A DNA stretch of 61,152 nucleotides from IMG/VR virus record IMGVR_UViG_3300034118_000426, one strand, 5' to 3'. Position 1 is the stretch's first letter; every line of letters starts with the position of its first letter. Under the pieces are notes generated by a model. That model was not told the DNA's origin. It ran no database searches and worked only from the letters and a program-made list of their open reading frames with translations. Source of the DNA: an uncultured virus (IMG/VR IMGVR_UViG_3300034118_000426) (Duplodnaviria; Heunggongvirae; Uroviricota; Caudoviricetes). Position numbers and translations under genes: made by a program. Positions 21,679 through 32,770 of the stretch are shown here, piece by piece.

Positions 21679-22797
21679 TCAAGCAAAATTATTATTATCA
21701 ACTGTTAGGGTTGCTGTATTAGAAATAACTTCCTCGCCTCCAGCAGATCCACCAATCTTGACACGATATTTCTTACCGCTGTCACCAACGAGAAGACCAG
21801 TGAGCGCAAGTGAAGATGATGTAGCACCAGTGATGTTGCTCCACTTAGTTGTCTGCGAAGCATTTTGAACTTGCCACTGATAGATGAGAGTTCCAGTTCC
21901 AACCGCAGCAGTTACCGAGAAGGTAGCAGCAGCAGTTCCAACAGCAGTTACAGTGAGTACCAAATTATCAGTTACATCAACACCACCAATTAGAGAACCA
22001 AGAATAGTAATGGTTTCGGCAGCAGCAAATCCAGTACCAACAGCAGTAATAGCAACACTGCTTACTGCTCCACCAGCACCTCTGGTTACAGTGAATGCTG
22101 CTCCAGTTCCAGCAACTGATCCAGCAAGACCAGTTAGAGTATAAACTTGATTTGCTTGACCAACAATAGTTGTAGTTGTTCCAGCTGTGTAATTGGTAAT
22201 CGAACCAGCAGGTGTGAAAGCAGTGGCGTTAGCAGGTTGTCCAGAAATTGTAATAGCAGATGCTACATCAGCAGCAGGATTATCTTCGGTTCCACCCTGA
22301 GCGGTGCCATAGTCACCAGCGTTAGCAGCGGTCTGATTGGCAAACGCAATACACTCTGCCTTGTGACGAGTGTTGCCGTCGCCATCAGTGTAGGTTCTAT
22401 ATAACCACCAACCTGGCCACTTGAGACCACGAATCTTATTCTCTTCTAAAGCAGCTTCGGTATCATCAACGAAAATAAAATTAGTGCCGCTTGGATAATG
22501 ACTTTCATGTAGAAGACGAGCTGCTACTTCTTTTGGAGGAGTTCTGCGAATAGCATTAGCAGCAGTAACGGTTCCAGTTGTGCCTGCGTATGCTACTTTA
22601 AGTTTGAGTGTGGTTGCCGAAACTACAGACTCAACAGTATACTGAACACCAGATAAAGAAAGAACGTCTCCGTTTTGAACAAAATCGTTGGTTGTTCTAT
22701 CAGTGAAGTCGCCAGTTGTAGTAACAGTTGTGCTACCATTAGTAACACTAACATTATTTGCTAACGCCTTTGCGTCAATTGTTCCGAAAATTGCCAT
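21679..22797 (-). CDS. Virion structural protein with Ig-like domain
   Basis: PGWWLYRTYTDGDGNTRHKAE; YQWQ..NITGATSSSL..YRVKI; late promoter upstream. Confidence 0.8.
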   Translation of the reverse strand: MAIFGTIDAKALANNVSVTNGSTTVTTTGDFTDRTTNDFVQNGDVLSLSGVQYTVESVVSATTLKLKVAYAGTTGTVTAANAIRRTPPKEVAARLLHESHYPSGTNFIFVDDTEAALEENKIRGLKWPGWWLYRTYTDGDGNTRHKAECIAFANQTAANAGDYGTAQGGTEDNPAADVASAITISGQPANATAFTPAGSITNYTAGTTTTIVGQANQVYTLTGLAGSVAGTGAAFTVTRGAGGAVSSVAITAVGTGFAAAETITILGSLIGGVDVTDNLVLTVTAVGTAAATFSVTAAVGTGTLIYQWQVQNASQTTKWSNITGATSSSLALTGLLVGDSGKKYRVKIGGSAGGEEVISNTATLTVDNNNFA

Positions 22798-22840
22798 CGG
22801 TTTCCTCTATACAATATTTGCTTTTCTAAAAAGTATTTAT

Positions 22841-22866
22841 AAAAAAAGGGATGCCTAAGCATCCCC
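22841..22866 (-). terminator. Intrinsic terminator
   Basis: GGGATGC-TTAG-GCATCCC followed by a U-run. Confidence 0.75.
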
Positions 22867-22886
22867 AAGCACATATGATTTGATTA

Positions 22887-23057
22887 TCAGCAACCCTTCA
22901 TAAGGGCAACTCTTACTGTTGATGCGATTACGTTGTCAACATCGTTGTCTGTCTTCTCAACATACTTGTCAAGTAGATCACAAACGAGTTTCTTGGTATG
23001 GCAGCTGTTAAGTGCTGCAAAAATAATTGGTTTTACTAGTTCTACGAGTGCGCCCAT
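22887..23057 (-). CDS. Hypothetical 56-aa protein (not in track)
   Basis: MGALVELVKPIIFAAL..KTDNDVD..; GAGG RBS. Confidence 0.75.
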   Translation of the reverse strand: MGALVELVKPIIFAALNSCHTKKLVCDLLDKYVEKTDNDVDNVIASTVRVALMKGC

Positions 23058-23088
23058 GGTTATATCCTCTAAGAGAGTTTACAGCTAT

Positions 23089-23709
23089 TTAGGCTGATTT
23101 TTTTGCCATTGTGGTAGCAGTTCCATACATCACTTCTTTTGCTCTGTCGCCATACTTTGTCTTGAAGGAACCAAACTTCTTCTTCATACCTTTAACAAAT
23201 TTTTCTTTCTTTGCTGCTTCTGCCTTAGAAAGTTTTTTCTCGTCAAGAATTTCCACTTCTTCTTTCTTTAGTTCTTTTTCTTTCTTTGCTTTCTTACCAG
23301 TTTCTTTTTCTGGATCATTGGGAATATCAACATCTGGCATTACTTCAATCTCAACTTTCTTTCCCTCAGCAATTTCTGCTGCCTTCTCCCACATTTCTTT
23401 TACTGATTTCTTAGCTTTCTTTGCGCGAAGAAGAGCAAAGTCATGAGCATCTACTTTACCATTCTTGTTGGCATCAATCTTTTCTTGATTGCCAGGCATA
23501 TCTTTTCTTTCGGATAGTTCTTCGCCCCCATCCATTTCATACCCTGCCTTCACGCACTTATCTTTACCATTCTCAGTGCCAGCATACTTATAACCTTTCC
23601 AACAAGCTTTGCCGTCAGCACCTTGTTCCTTGCCTTCTTTGTTTTTTGCTTCATCTAATTCGGCAATTGCCCTTTCAATTAGACTTTTTGAAAACTCATC
23701 AATTGTCAT
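23089..23709 (-). CDS. Hypothetical charged protein
   Basis: CWKGY..CVK motif and EF-hand-like DANKNGKVDAHDF. Confidence 0.75.
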   Translation of the reverse strand: MTIDEFSKSLIERAIAELDEAKNKEGKEQGADGKACWKGYKYAGTENGKDKCVKAGYEMDGGEELSERKDMPGNQEKIDANKNGKVDAHDFALLRAKKAKKSVKEMWEKAAEIAEGKKVEIEVMPDVDIPNDPEKETGKKAKKEKELKKEEVEILDEKKLSKAEAAKKEKFVKGMKKKFGSFKTKYGDRAKEVMYGTATTMAKKSA

Positions 23710-23986
23710 TGGTCTTTTGTCGTTTATTTTTATTTATAAATGACTTGACCTTATCCTTAGCACTCATCTCTTTTTCATCACATCCACAATGTTCTTTAAT
23801 ATCTTTCACCCAAGCGCGAAACATCTTACCTTCATTAGTAACAGCAATAACATAATTAACTCCACGGCGATGAATTCTTCCTGCTTCACCATTAGAATTT
23901 TGAACCCAATCACCCTCAGCAAATACATTACCGAGCATGTAAGATTTTTGTTTCGATTGTGCTAATAGTTCTTTAAGTGATTTCAT
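23699..23986 (-). CDS. Conserved phage hypothetical protein (SH3-like)
   Basis: GRIHRRGVNYVI..MFRAWVKDI. Confidence 0.8.
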   Translation of the reverse strand: MKSLKELLAQSKQKSYMLGNVFAEGDWVQNSNGEAGRIHRRGVNYVIAVTNEGKMFRAWVKDIKEHCGCDEKEMSAKDKVKSFINKNKRQKTNDN

Positions 23987-24537
23987 TTAATTCCCAATCC
24001 TTCTCTAACTTCTGTCATTAATTTCATCATTTCTTTGTCATCTAAAGTTGTTGGAATTCCTTGACGAAATACAGCAATGTTTCCATTTGTTGCTGCCTCT
24101 CTCATTTTACTAGCTGACATTCCAGTTGCCCCATCAGCATCAGGATCTCGTTCACCAGCAGATTTTGTTTCAAGAGATCTAAATGTATACTCTGTTCCAT
24201 TGTAACGCTGGATCAAAGTATCCATTTCAGACACACGATCACTACCAACCACAAGAGTAAGATCAGAATATTCACCTTGTAAACTTTGAAGAACTTTAAT
24301 AATAGTCTTCAAATCTGTATCTAACATAATATGATCCTTATGTCTTGGAAACATTTTTTTCATGTAACCAACTTTCTGTTCAGAAGATAAAGGATTCTTC
24401 TTCTTGTCTTTTGTATGACTGGTATAGATTTTATAGTCATCGGTTCCAGCAATCCTCGCCACAGCATTGATCAATTTTTCATGACCGATTGTGGGAGGAT
24501 TGAAGCGACCGAAAGTAATGACTACTCTCTTAAACAT
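23983..24537 (-). CDS. Cytidyltransferase-family nucleotidyltransferase
   Basis: FGRFNPPTIGHEKL; VGSDR; MSASKMR. Confidence 0.92.
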   Translation of the reverse strand: MFKRVVITFGRFNPPTIGHEKLINAVARIAGTDDYKIYTSHTKDKKKNPLSSEQKVGYMKKMFPRHKDHIMLDTDLKTIIKVLQSLQGEYSDLTLVVGSDRVSEMDTLIQRYNGTEYTFRSLETKSAGERDPDADGATGMSASKMREAATNGNIAVFRQGIPTTLDDKEMMKLMTEVREGLGIK

Positions 24538-24549
24538 TTTTATTAGTAT

Positions 24550-25761
24550 TTAGTTTCCTTTCACCCAGTTCTTTTGAAGCGTGAAGTTTGCCTGACTGAA
24601 CTCAAGGCGGTCAACTAACTTGGTAGCAGAACCATCCTTGATAGCCACAAATCCTTCAGGAGCAGTAACTTTAAATCCATCATCAGTGCGAAGGAAAGTG
24701 CGAGTGCTATCAGCAGATTCCAGTTTCTTCACAAACAGATTCTTGGCATTCTGAAGAATAACATAGAGGGTGATCGTTGCCTTGAATCCAGCGATGTTGG
24801 AATCCACGAACTCGATACCATCATAGAGTTTCTTCAGTTTAGCAGCTTTGGTTTTCTCCTGCTTCACTTTGTTAACTTCCTTCATCATCGTTTCGTGATA
24901 AGCATTCTTGAAGTCGCTGATAAATTTGTTAACATTATTGATACGTTTGCCTTCTCTTACATAGGTATTGAAGTAAGTTTTTAAACGAGTGCCAACGCTA
25001 AAGTTATCGTTGGAATTAATTTGAGCAGATACTTCACCCAAGAAAGAACCAGCATTGCGAAGAGCAACAGGAGCAGTTCTCTTCATGTTATTAAGATTCC
25101 TCTTCTCAGTTGCGCTAAGAATCATATTACTACCAAGAGTGTCAACCTCGGCACTAATTACAAACACATCATCAGTCTTGTTAAACTTACTGATGTCAAC
25201 TCCAAAGGTAGCATTAGAAGTTGCGATGCTGGAACCAACATAACGAGTGTGAAATACTACGCCGATCTTAGCTCGCTTTGCTTTTTTGTATGCGTCAGTT
25301 CCTTTGGGGATGGCATAGGTAATCGTGTTAGGAGTAAAGGTGAGATAATCTACACCATCAATCTTCTCCTCTTTGGCATCATCAGTGAACAACAAGTCAC
25401 CTTGAATGATCCCTTTGATGCCAAGTTTAGGAAAATGCTCCAATGCGACTTTTAACTTCTCAACTAACCCAGGAGAGTTGCCGTGGTTTGCTTCAATAAA
25501 AGTATCATTATAATTAATTTTAGGTTCGGTCTTATTAAAAACAGATTTAGTTCCAACAAAAAATTTGTTGGTTTCTGGATCAATACCACAGATCACAGCA
25601 GGAGCACCATCCCACTTGGTAGTGATTTTAAAGTTGCTGGTTTGAGTGCCACTAAAAGTTTTAGTAAGAGCATCAAGAAACGCAAACGCATCCTTAGCTC
25701 CCTCCTTACCATCAAAAAGGATGCTGTCTTCTAAGTGTTCGAGGTGAGTGTTCTTACTCAT
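24550..25761 (-). CDS. Conserved T4-like phage protein (ligase-like motifs)
   Basis: KNTHLEHLED; KWDGAPA; QGDLLF; PEGFVA; KLVDRLEFS. Confidence 0.85.
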   Translation of the reverse strand: MSKNTHLEHLEDSILFDGKEGAKDAFAFLDALTKTFSGTQTSNFKITTKWDGAPAVICGIDPETNKFFVGTKSVFNKTEPKINYNDTFIEANHGNSPGLVEKLKVALEHFPKLGIKGIIQGDLLFTDDAKEEKIDGVDYLTFTPNTITYAIPKGTDAYKKAKRAKIGVVFHTRYVGSSIATSNATFGVDISKFNKTDDVFVISAEVDTLGSNMILSATEKRNLNNMKRTAPVALRNAGSFLGEVSAQINSNDNFSVGTRLKTYFNTYVREGKRINNVNKFISDFKNAYHETMMKEVNKVKQEKTKAAKLKKLYDGIEFVDSNIAGFKATITLYVILQNAKNLFVKKLESADSTRTFLRTDDGFKVTAPEGFVAIKDGSATKLVDRLEFSQANFTLQKNWVKGN

Positions 25762-27041
25762 GTTACTGGATGCATTTGGTAGTTTCCTTTGCGGTCTTTC
25801 GACACGATGAATTTTGCGGCGCGACTCGCCCTCGGTTGAACCACTACTCTAGCACCTTGGATGCCATACTGTCGCCTATCACCTTTGTTAATAAGCATTA
25901 ATACTGGTTCATAATCCCCCGTCATAGGAGTTGGATTCATAATTAAATGAGCAGACATTTCTAATTTATATTTACTTCCTATTTTTCTTAATGATGGTGT
26001 TCCTTGTAAAACTCCCGTACAATTAGATATTCCGTATGTGGAAGTTCCAAAATTTTTCCCATAAACAGATTCCATTTTTAAAGCAGTATCTTCAATTTCC
26101 ATCATGGCGGTAAAACCTCTTCCACTGGATTGCTGAAAATCATACTGCATTCCAGCACCGCAAAAATTAGAAAGGTATTTCGCAAAAGCTCTAATCTCTG
26201 GAAACTTATCTAAGGTTTCATCTGCTCCATCCTTATCATTTGCATAATGACTAACGCCACCCCATTGCTGAAAATGACTGGCACGAGATCCTTGCTTATG
26301 AGAAAACCAAGCAACATCTACAAGTTTTCTATTTTCTAAAGCAACAAAGGCAAGATCTGCTTTGACCTTTCCTTCAACTTTATTAACCCCAACAATATTA
26401 GAAAAAGTTTTATTTCCTATTTGTAAGTCTATAGATGGAACACCAAGATTATCAAGTTCTTTATTAAAGGTGTTTATAAAATCTGCTTCTCCTTGTTCGG
26501 TTGCTGATGGGTCATTCAGTGAATATGAAGAGTCAATTGTATTCACATAAAATCCTAATTTGCCCCAATACATTCCAGGTTTACTTCCACCAGAAACTTT
26601 TCCACCAAAACCAACATCCATTCCCATTCCATTATCTTTTAAAATTTTTCCACTATTAATAGAACTAGCAGTTGACTTTGTTGTTGTTGTATAAAAATTT
26701 ACACGAAAAGGAGCTTTATCTAAATTTGGAGTATTTTTAATTGAATTTTCTATTGTTTTCAATATACCATTTTTCCCAGAATAAAAATTTTCAAATGAAG
26801 TAAATTTTTTTGGTTGAAATTCTATAAACTCTTTACTTTGTTTCCACCTGCCATTTACTTTTTCTGGTATGCTAATGCCAACCATTTTAAAATAAATTTC
26901 CACGCCATTATCTTCAGACAATCTATTTTTATCCAACAAAATAAATGGTCTGTCGTTTTTAATTCTGTCGTATATAACCTCAAAACACTGTTTGTATCTT
27001 TTGGTTATTTCTCCCCAAGTTAGTCCTTTACCGCCTGCCAT
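25758..27041 (-). CDS. Hypothetical protein, possible PD-(D/E)xK-fold nuclease
   Basis: E..F...KADLAFV..WFSHK..FQQWGG. Confidence 0.65.
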   Translation of the reverse strand: MAGGKGLTWGEITKRYKQCFEVIYDRIKNDRPFILLDKNRLSEDNGVEIYFKMVGISIPEKVNGRWKQSKEFIEFQPKKFTSFENFYSGKNGILKTIENSIKNTPNLDKAPFRVNFYTTTTKSTASSINSGKILKDNGMGMDVGFGGKVSGGSKPGMYWGKLGFYVNTIDSSYSLNDPSATEQGEADFINTFNKELDNLGVPSIDLQIGNKTFSNIVGVNKVEGKVKADLAFVALENRKLVDVAWFSHKQGSRASHFQQWGGVSHYANDKDGADETLDKFPEIRAFAKYLSNFCGAGMQYDFQQSSGRGFTAMMEIEDTALKMESVYGKNFGTSTYGISNCTGVLQGTPSLRKIGSKYKLEMSAHLIMNPTPMTGDYEPVLMLINKGDRRQYGIQGARVVVQPRASRAAKFIVSKDRKGNYQMHPVT

Positions 27042-27079
27042 ATAAAAATACCTCCCCAATTATTTAGGGGAGGCAAGCA

Positions 27080-27484
27080 TCAAAGGTCGTTGGCGACTCT
27101 GTTTTCACTTCGTTCAATACTGAAGGTTCCTTCTGGATATCGAGCAGTCAGTTTCTCAAAATTCATTTGAGCAATTTCTTCAAACGAAATATTAAGAGCA
27201 ATACATGCTTGAGCAACATACCACAGAATGTCACCGAGTTCACGTTTCATATGGAAGATGTTATCTTCGTTATAAGGTTTACCTTGGAAAGCAATCTTTT
27301 TCACAATCTCAGTAAACTCCCCACCCTCAGCTGTAATACCACAAGCAGCAGTCATGAGACGCTGAATATCAGCACCTTCATCTCTAAGTTCTACAATACG
27401 AGCAACAAACTCACTAGTATCGCGTGATGCTGGACTGGTGACGGCACCAACAAACTCAACATACTTATTAAAATCAATTGTCAT
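27080..27484 (-). CDS. mazG: MazG pyrophosphohydrolase
   Basis: EGGEFTEIVKK..RELGDILWY. Confidence 0.93.
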   Translation of the reverse strand: MTIDFNKYVEFVGAVTSPASRDTSEFVARIVELRDEGADIQRLMTAACGITAEGGEFTEIVKKIAFQGKPYNEDNIFHMKRELGDILWYVAQACIALNISFEEIAQMNFEKLTARYPEGTFSIERSENRVANDL

Positions 27485-28863
27485 AAAATAAAACTGGTAA
27501 ATTTACTTTGCGTGTTTCTACTTTGCTCTGCTGCCATTTCTTCAAAGTCATATTCTTCTTCTTTATCTGAAGAAAGGTCAACAGCATTGTCAACATTATA
27601 CAACTTCATACGTGCTCTGTCAACCCCAACAAGGAAACGCTTATACATGGTGGGATCGTTATATCGGTTCTTCAACTGCTTAACCATAATCTTACCATCC
27701 TTCTCTAGATCCTCTGTAGCAATAAGAGCAAACATGAAGTCAGCAGTAGCGGGTAGACCAAAAGATTCAGAAGTATCAGTGAGGTCAACATCAGAGTTGC
27801 CGAATCCACTTCTAGTAGTTTGAGTAGCGGAGACAAGAGGAACGTTATGTTCAACCGCCAATCCCCTAAGTTCTTCAGCAATCGCTTTAACATAGGTGTA
27901 AGAGTTTACAATAGCTCCTTTGTATCTAGCCGAAGCACAGATGTTAAGATAATCAATAAAAATAATATCTGGTTTGAATGTCTTCTTCAGTTGTAGTTCG
28001 TTCAGCAGAGATTTGAAATGACCGACATGCGCTGATGCTGTTGGATATTCTTTGATGATAAGACGACCTTGTGTTTTACGCTTCAGTTCATTGATGCGAC
28101 TTTGAAAGATTGTCTCAGGCAAATCTACAAGGTCTTTGATGTTGACGTTGAATAGATTAGCATCAATACGTTCGGCAATCTTCTCCTCTGCCATTTCCAT
28201 AGTGATGTAGAGAACGTTACGACCCATTGATAAACAATGAGCGGCAAGGTCACACATGAATAGTGACTTACCTACACCAGTGCCAGCAAGAGCTACATTA
28301 AGAGTCTTGTTTGGCAGACCACCTTTTGTAATCTTATTGAAGTATTCGAGGTGGAAAGGAATCTTATCTTCTTCACGATGGTAGAACTCATATCGCTCTA
28401 CGCTATTCTCTAAGTAATCGTGACCTACATGTTCATCGAACGATACTGCCAGGGCCTCTTGAAGGATTGCGGGAATCGCATCCTTTGATATTTTTGGATT
28501 ACCTCCATCCGCGACCTTGATTGACTCAAGCAAGGCGAGGTAGATTGCTCTGTCTTTACACCACTTCTCTGTGGTGTCGAGCAACCAGTTATATTCAATT
28601 GGATCGGTAGACAACTCAGCAATTGTTTTAACTGCGTTTTGATATACTTCCTCATTTAAATCTTTTCTTGCTTCAAGGTTAATAGTTAATACTTCTTTGG
28701 TAGGCACCAATTCATATGTGCTTGCGAAGTTCCAGACTTCTTCATAGATCACACGTTCATGAATCTCATTGAAGTAATCTGGTTTTACAAAAGGAACAAC
28801 CTTCCTATAGAACTGTTCGTTACACAGGAGGTTGCGTAAAATAGTCGTTTCAATTCTCTCCAT
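27481..28863 (-). CDS. g41: Replicative DNA helicase (gp41)
   Basis: [26 protein letters not shown]. Confidence 0.97.
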   Translation of the reverse strand: MERIETTILRNLLCNEQFYRKVVPFVKPDYFNEIHERVIYEEVWNFASTYELVPTKEVLTINLEARKDLNEEVYQNAVKTIAELSTDPIEYNWLLDTTEKWCKDRAIYLALLESIKVADGGNPKISKDAIPAILQEALAVSFDEHVGHDYLENSVERYEFYHREEDKIPFHLEYFNKITKGGLPNKTLNVALAGTGVGKSLFMCDLAAHCLSMGRNVLYITMEMAEEKIAERIDANLFNVNIKDLVDLPETIFQSRINELKRKTQGRLIIKEYPTASAHVGHFKSLLNELQLKKTFKPDIIFIDYLNICASARYKGAIVNSYTYVKAIAEELRGLAVEHNVPLVSATQTTRSGFGNSDVDLTDTSESFGLPATADFMFALIATEDLEKDGKIMVKQLKNRYNDPTMYKRFLVGVDRARMKLYNVDNAVDLSSDKEEEYDFEEMAAEQSRNTQSKFTSFIL

Positions 28864-29875
28864 CCACTACTCCATACAGAAACTCTTTGCGGGCACATTC
28901 ATCAAGGGCTTGCATTACTTCTGGCGTGAAATACTTCTCAGGATCGGCAAGGATAACAGAAGGATAAACGGAAGATTCCCCAACAACAACCCGATTGCCC
29001 TTGCGTTGGAATACTCCGTATTTCTCACCCAACTCCAGTAATCCATAATATTTGTCCAATCCCCGTGCGTCATAGAAGAGCCTCGTTTCGATGTCTGAGT
29101 TTTCTTTAGTGAAGCGCGACTTCTGTGCCTTCACCTTGATAATGTTACCAACCACTTCAGTGCCATCTTTTTCTTTCTTCTTAGAGAGGAAGAGAATAGT
29201 CGAGGCAGAATATTTCAGACCACTACCACCACCCATCTCTTTGGTTGGCACATAAGCACCGACCACTTCATATGTATGGTTGGTAACAATGAGAGGAATA
29301 CCTGCCTGCCCAAGTTTGAGTGACAGAATACGGAAGATAGATTTGATTACCTGAGCACGAGTCATGTCTCTGGTTTCTTTGCCGTCCGTAGCATCCTGCA
29401 CTTCCTTAGAGGTTGAGAGCATCCCCAAAGAGTCTAGCACAAAAAGCAGCGGAGGTCTATCCTCCTTCTTAAGTTTCATATACTCATCCACTACCTTGAT
29501 AGACTGAGTGCGAAACTCTTGCACGGTAGTAACAGGAACCAAACCAACACGTTTCACATCAATACCACGCGAAGTCATCATATCTTTTGAGATAGCTGAC
29601 TCTGTTTCAAAATAGATTACCTGAGCGTCTGGGTTGTTGAGAAAGTTCCTGCATATTGAGAGAGCAAAAAAAGTTTTGCCAGTTGAGGATTCGCCCGCGA
29701 GGGCTGTGATTTTATTCGCGGGAAGTCCACCATAAATGCTCCCAGAAATAAGAGCATTGAGAATGAAACTACCAGTATCAACAAACGATTCACAGTCACC
29801 AGCAGCGACTCCATCTTCAACAACACTTGCGAATTCATTATCTAACTCCTTAATAACAGATTGTAGGAAACTCAT
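28850..29875 (-). CDS. uvsX: RecA-like recombinase
   Basis: [23 protein letters not shown]. Confidence 0.96.
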   Translation of the reverse strand: MSFLQSVIKELDNEFASVVEDGVAAGDCESFVDTGSFILNALISGSIYGGLPANKITALAGESSTGKTFFALSICRNFLNNPDAQVIYFETESAISKDMMTSRGIDVKRVGLVPVTTVQEFRTQSIKVVDEYMKLKKEDRPPLLFVLDSLGMLSTSKEVQDATDGKETRDMTRAQVIKSIFRILSLKLGQAGIPLIVTNHTYEVVGAYVPTKEMGGGSGLKYSASTILFLSKKKEKDGTEVVGNIIKVKAQKSRFTKENSDIETRLFYDARGLDKYYGLLELGEKYGVFQRKGNRVVVGESSVYPSVILADPEKYFTPEVMQALDECARKEFLYGVVDGEN

Positions 29876-29881
29876 AATACC

Positions 29882-32374
29882 TCAAAAGAAAAAACTAGTT
29901 AAATTGCCTTTACGTTCCGCTTGCCATCCGATACATTCTAGCACGTTCTTCAGCGGTTCAAAGAAACTCTTCTCAAATTGTAGCGTGTAGTCAATGTATT
30001 TGTCAAGGTTCAGTTCCTTCGGCAGTTGTTGAAAGAAAGAAATGACATTCTCGCGGATAGGATTTGGTGTCTTCAGATAGATGAACTTGATCTTTTCACC
30101 TTCTTGAATAAGTGGATACTTGTGTTCCAAATTGTTTTTACGAACGTAATAGTTGTAGAGTAATGCTCCTCTTACTTGAATAGGAGTGCCTTTAGCATAA
30201 ATGTCAGCAGCACTGCGATACTTCTTCAGACCATTACAACCGCGAGGGAAAGCAATGTTAAGATAGTTCTGTTTCTTGGTGTCTTCCTTGATCTCGTTAA
30301 TGAAATCAAGAACATCATCGTTAGTTTTGGTTACAATGATACGATACGCCTGTTCCAGTTTGTCGCGGTAGTAAGCTGGCGTAGAAGAACGTGCTGTTTC
30401 CATACCACAGATTTTCATCTTCGGTTTGGCATAACGCACACCTTCACTATCCCATACGTTGAGAACATAGCGTTTCTTGGCGGTCCAGAAACCACGCTCA
30501 GCAATGTTCTCGCGTTTCATCTTCATTTTCTGGTCGTATGCTTTGAGATAGTCGGCCAGTTCTTGGTAAGAACTTTCAATATATTGCTCAAGTTCCAGTG
30601 AAGCGACCTTATCAAGGAACGTAACAATGCTTTCAGGAGTTTTCTCTCGTACTCCGTATACACGTTCAACCAGAGGACCAAGGTTAAGATACATAGAGTC
30701 AGTATCAGAAGCAATAACATAATCAACATCCTGTGTCTTTAGAACTTTGTTAAGATAAGCATTCATCTTTCTCTCAATCCAGCGAATAGATAACTGACCA
30801 GAAAGAGTGATTGCCTCAGCGATTTCAAGTTTATAATAACGGAAGTGCTCGTTACCGATAGCACCATAAGCAGAGTTGAGTTGGATCTTACGTGCCATCT
30901 GAATGTTATTACAGCGGGCAATCTCTTTCTTCAACTCAATCGTTGGAGTCTTTTCGTATTGCTGTTTGGCAGCAAGCATCTTCTTTTTGTAGATGGTTCG
31001 GTCTTCGTAGATCTTCTCCATCAGCTTGGGCAGGAACCCCTGAAACTTGGTGGTGTAGTGCGTCCCATTGGCGCACAGGGTCTCCCCTACGAGGTCGCTG
31101 GTATCAAATGCCTTATCCAGCAGCATATCCACGTTGACGCTGCTGCGGCGCGGCAGGAGGGTCTCTGGGGACAGGTTATACTGCATGATCAAGTGAGGAT
31201 ACAGTGAATTTAAGTCGAAGTTCACAATCCAATCATACATACCAGGCACAGGTTCCTTCACATAAGCACCAGCATACTTAGCATCCTTGACACTATCTTT
31301 CTTGGGAGGAATCACAACGCCCATCTTCGCCAGATAGATGAAGATGATGTTATCCCACATACGCACCTGAGAATAAACATCTTCGTAGTTTACTTTGGCG
31401 TCGTATGCCATAGTAAATGCCAATTCAAGCAACTTCATCTTGTCTTCCAGATGATCAACAAGGCGAACGTCGTGGATGTTATACAGCACGAACTTATTCC
31501 AGTCCTTAGTGTAAAACTCTTTGAAAGTATCAAACTCAGAGTGGTCAAGTTTCTTGGCATCCAGTTCCACAGATGCGATATGGTCTAGGCGATATGATTC
31601 TTGGTTGGTGTACGTAAACTTCTTATAAAGTTCAAGGTAATCCAACGTGGCGATGCCAGGAATATCATACGCAATCTGTTTGCGACCCTTGATGAAAATC
31701 TCACGCGATGAGATTAGTTTCCAAGGCGATAGAAGTTTGGTGTGATCTTCACCCAGCACTCTATCCATACGTCGGCAGATGTATGGCATATCGAATAGCT
31801 GAACGTTCCAACCAGTGATTACGTCGGGGGTATTCTCCTGCCACCATCTGAGGAAGCACGAAAGGAGTTTCGTCTCATCGTTACAATGGATGTAATCAAC
31901 CTGTCTGTCTTCATTCTGGAAACTCTTGCTTCCCCAGACAGTGATACGATTTGTAAAAGAATCACGGATAGAAATGAGTAGAATCTCTTGGTCTGCCGAT
32001 TCAATATCAGGGAAACCGTTTTCTGCTCCAGTTTCAATATCCAAAGTAAATGTGCGAATGAGGGAAGAGTCGAAACGAATCTCATCATCGGGATATGCTT
32101 CGTTTATGTACTGATACAAGTATCTAGTATTTCCGTGAATTTCAAATCCCTCAACACCTTCATACTGATTGATAAATTGCCTACAATCATTAATAGAGCC
32201 TGGAGAGACTTCCTTGAGGAAGCGCCCATCCAGACTCTTATGATCTGTTTGCTTATTGCTAAGCACATACAGTTTGGGATTGTAGTTTACACGATACTGA
32301 ACACGCTCACCATTTTCATAACCACGAACGAGGATACGATTCCCCGCCTGTTCAATGTTCGTATAAAACTTCAT
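29882..32374 (-). CDS. g43: Family B DNA polymerase (gp43)
   Basis: DIET exonuclease; FDLNSLYP; KIQLNSAYG; SDTDS; KKRY. Confidence 0.98.
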   Translation of the reverse strand: MKFYTNIEQAGNRILVRGYENGERVQYRVNYNPKLYVLSNKQTDHKSLDGRFLKEVSPGSINDCRQFINQYEGVEGFEIHGNTRYLYQYINEAYPDDEIRFDSSLIRTFTLDIETGAENGFPDIESADQEILLISIRDSFTNRITVWGSKSFQNEDRQVDYIHCNDETKLLSCFLRWWQENTPDVITGWNVQLFDMPYICRRMDRVLGEDHTKLLSPWKLISSREIFIKGRKQIAYDIPGIATLDYLELYKKFTYTNQESYRLDHIASVELDAKKLDHSEFDTFKEFYTKDWNKFVLYNIHDVRLVDHLEDKMKLLELAFTMAYDAKVNYEDVYSQVRMWDNIIFIYLAKMGVVIPPKKDSVKDAKYAGAYVKEPVPGMYDWIVNFDLNSLYPHLIMQYNLSPETLLPRRSSVNVDMLLDKAFDTSDLVGETLCANGTHYTTKFQGFLPKLMEKIYEDRTIYKKKMLAAKQQYEKTPTIELKKEIARCNNIQMARKIQLNSAYGAIGNEHFRYYKLEIAEAITLSGQLSIRWIERKMNAYLNKVLKTQDVDYVIASDTDSMYLNLGPLVERVYGVREKTPESIVTFLDKVASLELEQYIESSYQELADYLKAYDQKMKMKRENIAERGFWTAKKRYVLNVWDSEGVRYAKPKMKICGMETARSSTPAYYRDKLEQAYRIIVTKTNDDVLDFINEIKEDTKKQNYLNIAFPRGCNGLKKYRSAADIYAKGTPIQVRGALLYNYYVRKNNLEHKYPLIQEGEKIKFIYLKTPNPIRENVISFFQQLPKELNLDKYIDYTLQFEKSFFEPLKNVLECIGWQAERKGNLTSFFF

Positions 32375-32380
32375 GCGTCG

Positions 32381-32770
32381 TCAACCCAGGGTCTTCTGGT
32401 AGTATTCTAACACAGAATACGATGGATCGCAAATGGTGAGGATGTCATCTGCTCGCATGTAGATTTGTGTTTGATTTGTATACTTGGGAAATTTCTCCAA
32501 AAGAATATAATCAGACTGAGTAACTGTTATTTCATTACCCTCCCTATCAATTTCTTTATCCGTGCTTTCACTAATAAAGAGAGCATCAGGATTACGAACG
32601 CTTTTATAATCTACGTTGGAATGATCCCAATAAGTTAAATCAAGAATCCGATACGGATTCGTCAGAAGACACTCTGGACTTTCTTCCCTTTCTTCTATCT
32701 CCGCTATTAGATAATCCCGATCCTTCAGAACTATCACTTGAATCACTGGTTGGTACGGTGTTGTTGTCAT
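32381..32770 (-). CDS. Hypothetical protein (Sm-like fold?)
   Basis: LIAEIEE..CLLTNPY..ILTICDP. Confidence 0.7.
   Translation of the reverse strand: MTTTPYQPVIQVIVLKDRDYLIAEIEEREESPECLLTNPYRILDLTYWDHSNVDYKSVRNPDALFISESTDKEIDREGNEITVTQSDYILLEKFPKYTNQTQIYMRADDILTICDPSYSVLEYYQKTLG

Noticed and set aside
32640..32770. 131-nt overlap of two genes as a recoding site
   Set aside because: The downstream gene has its own ATG and a GGAG upstream; the upstream tail is a low-complexity run-on; no slippery site seen
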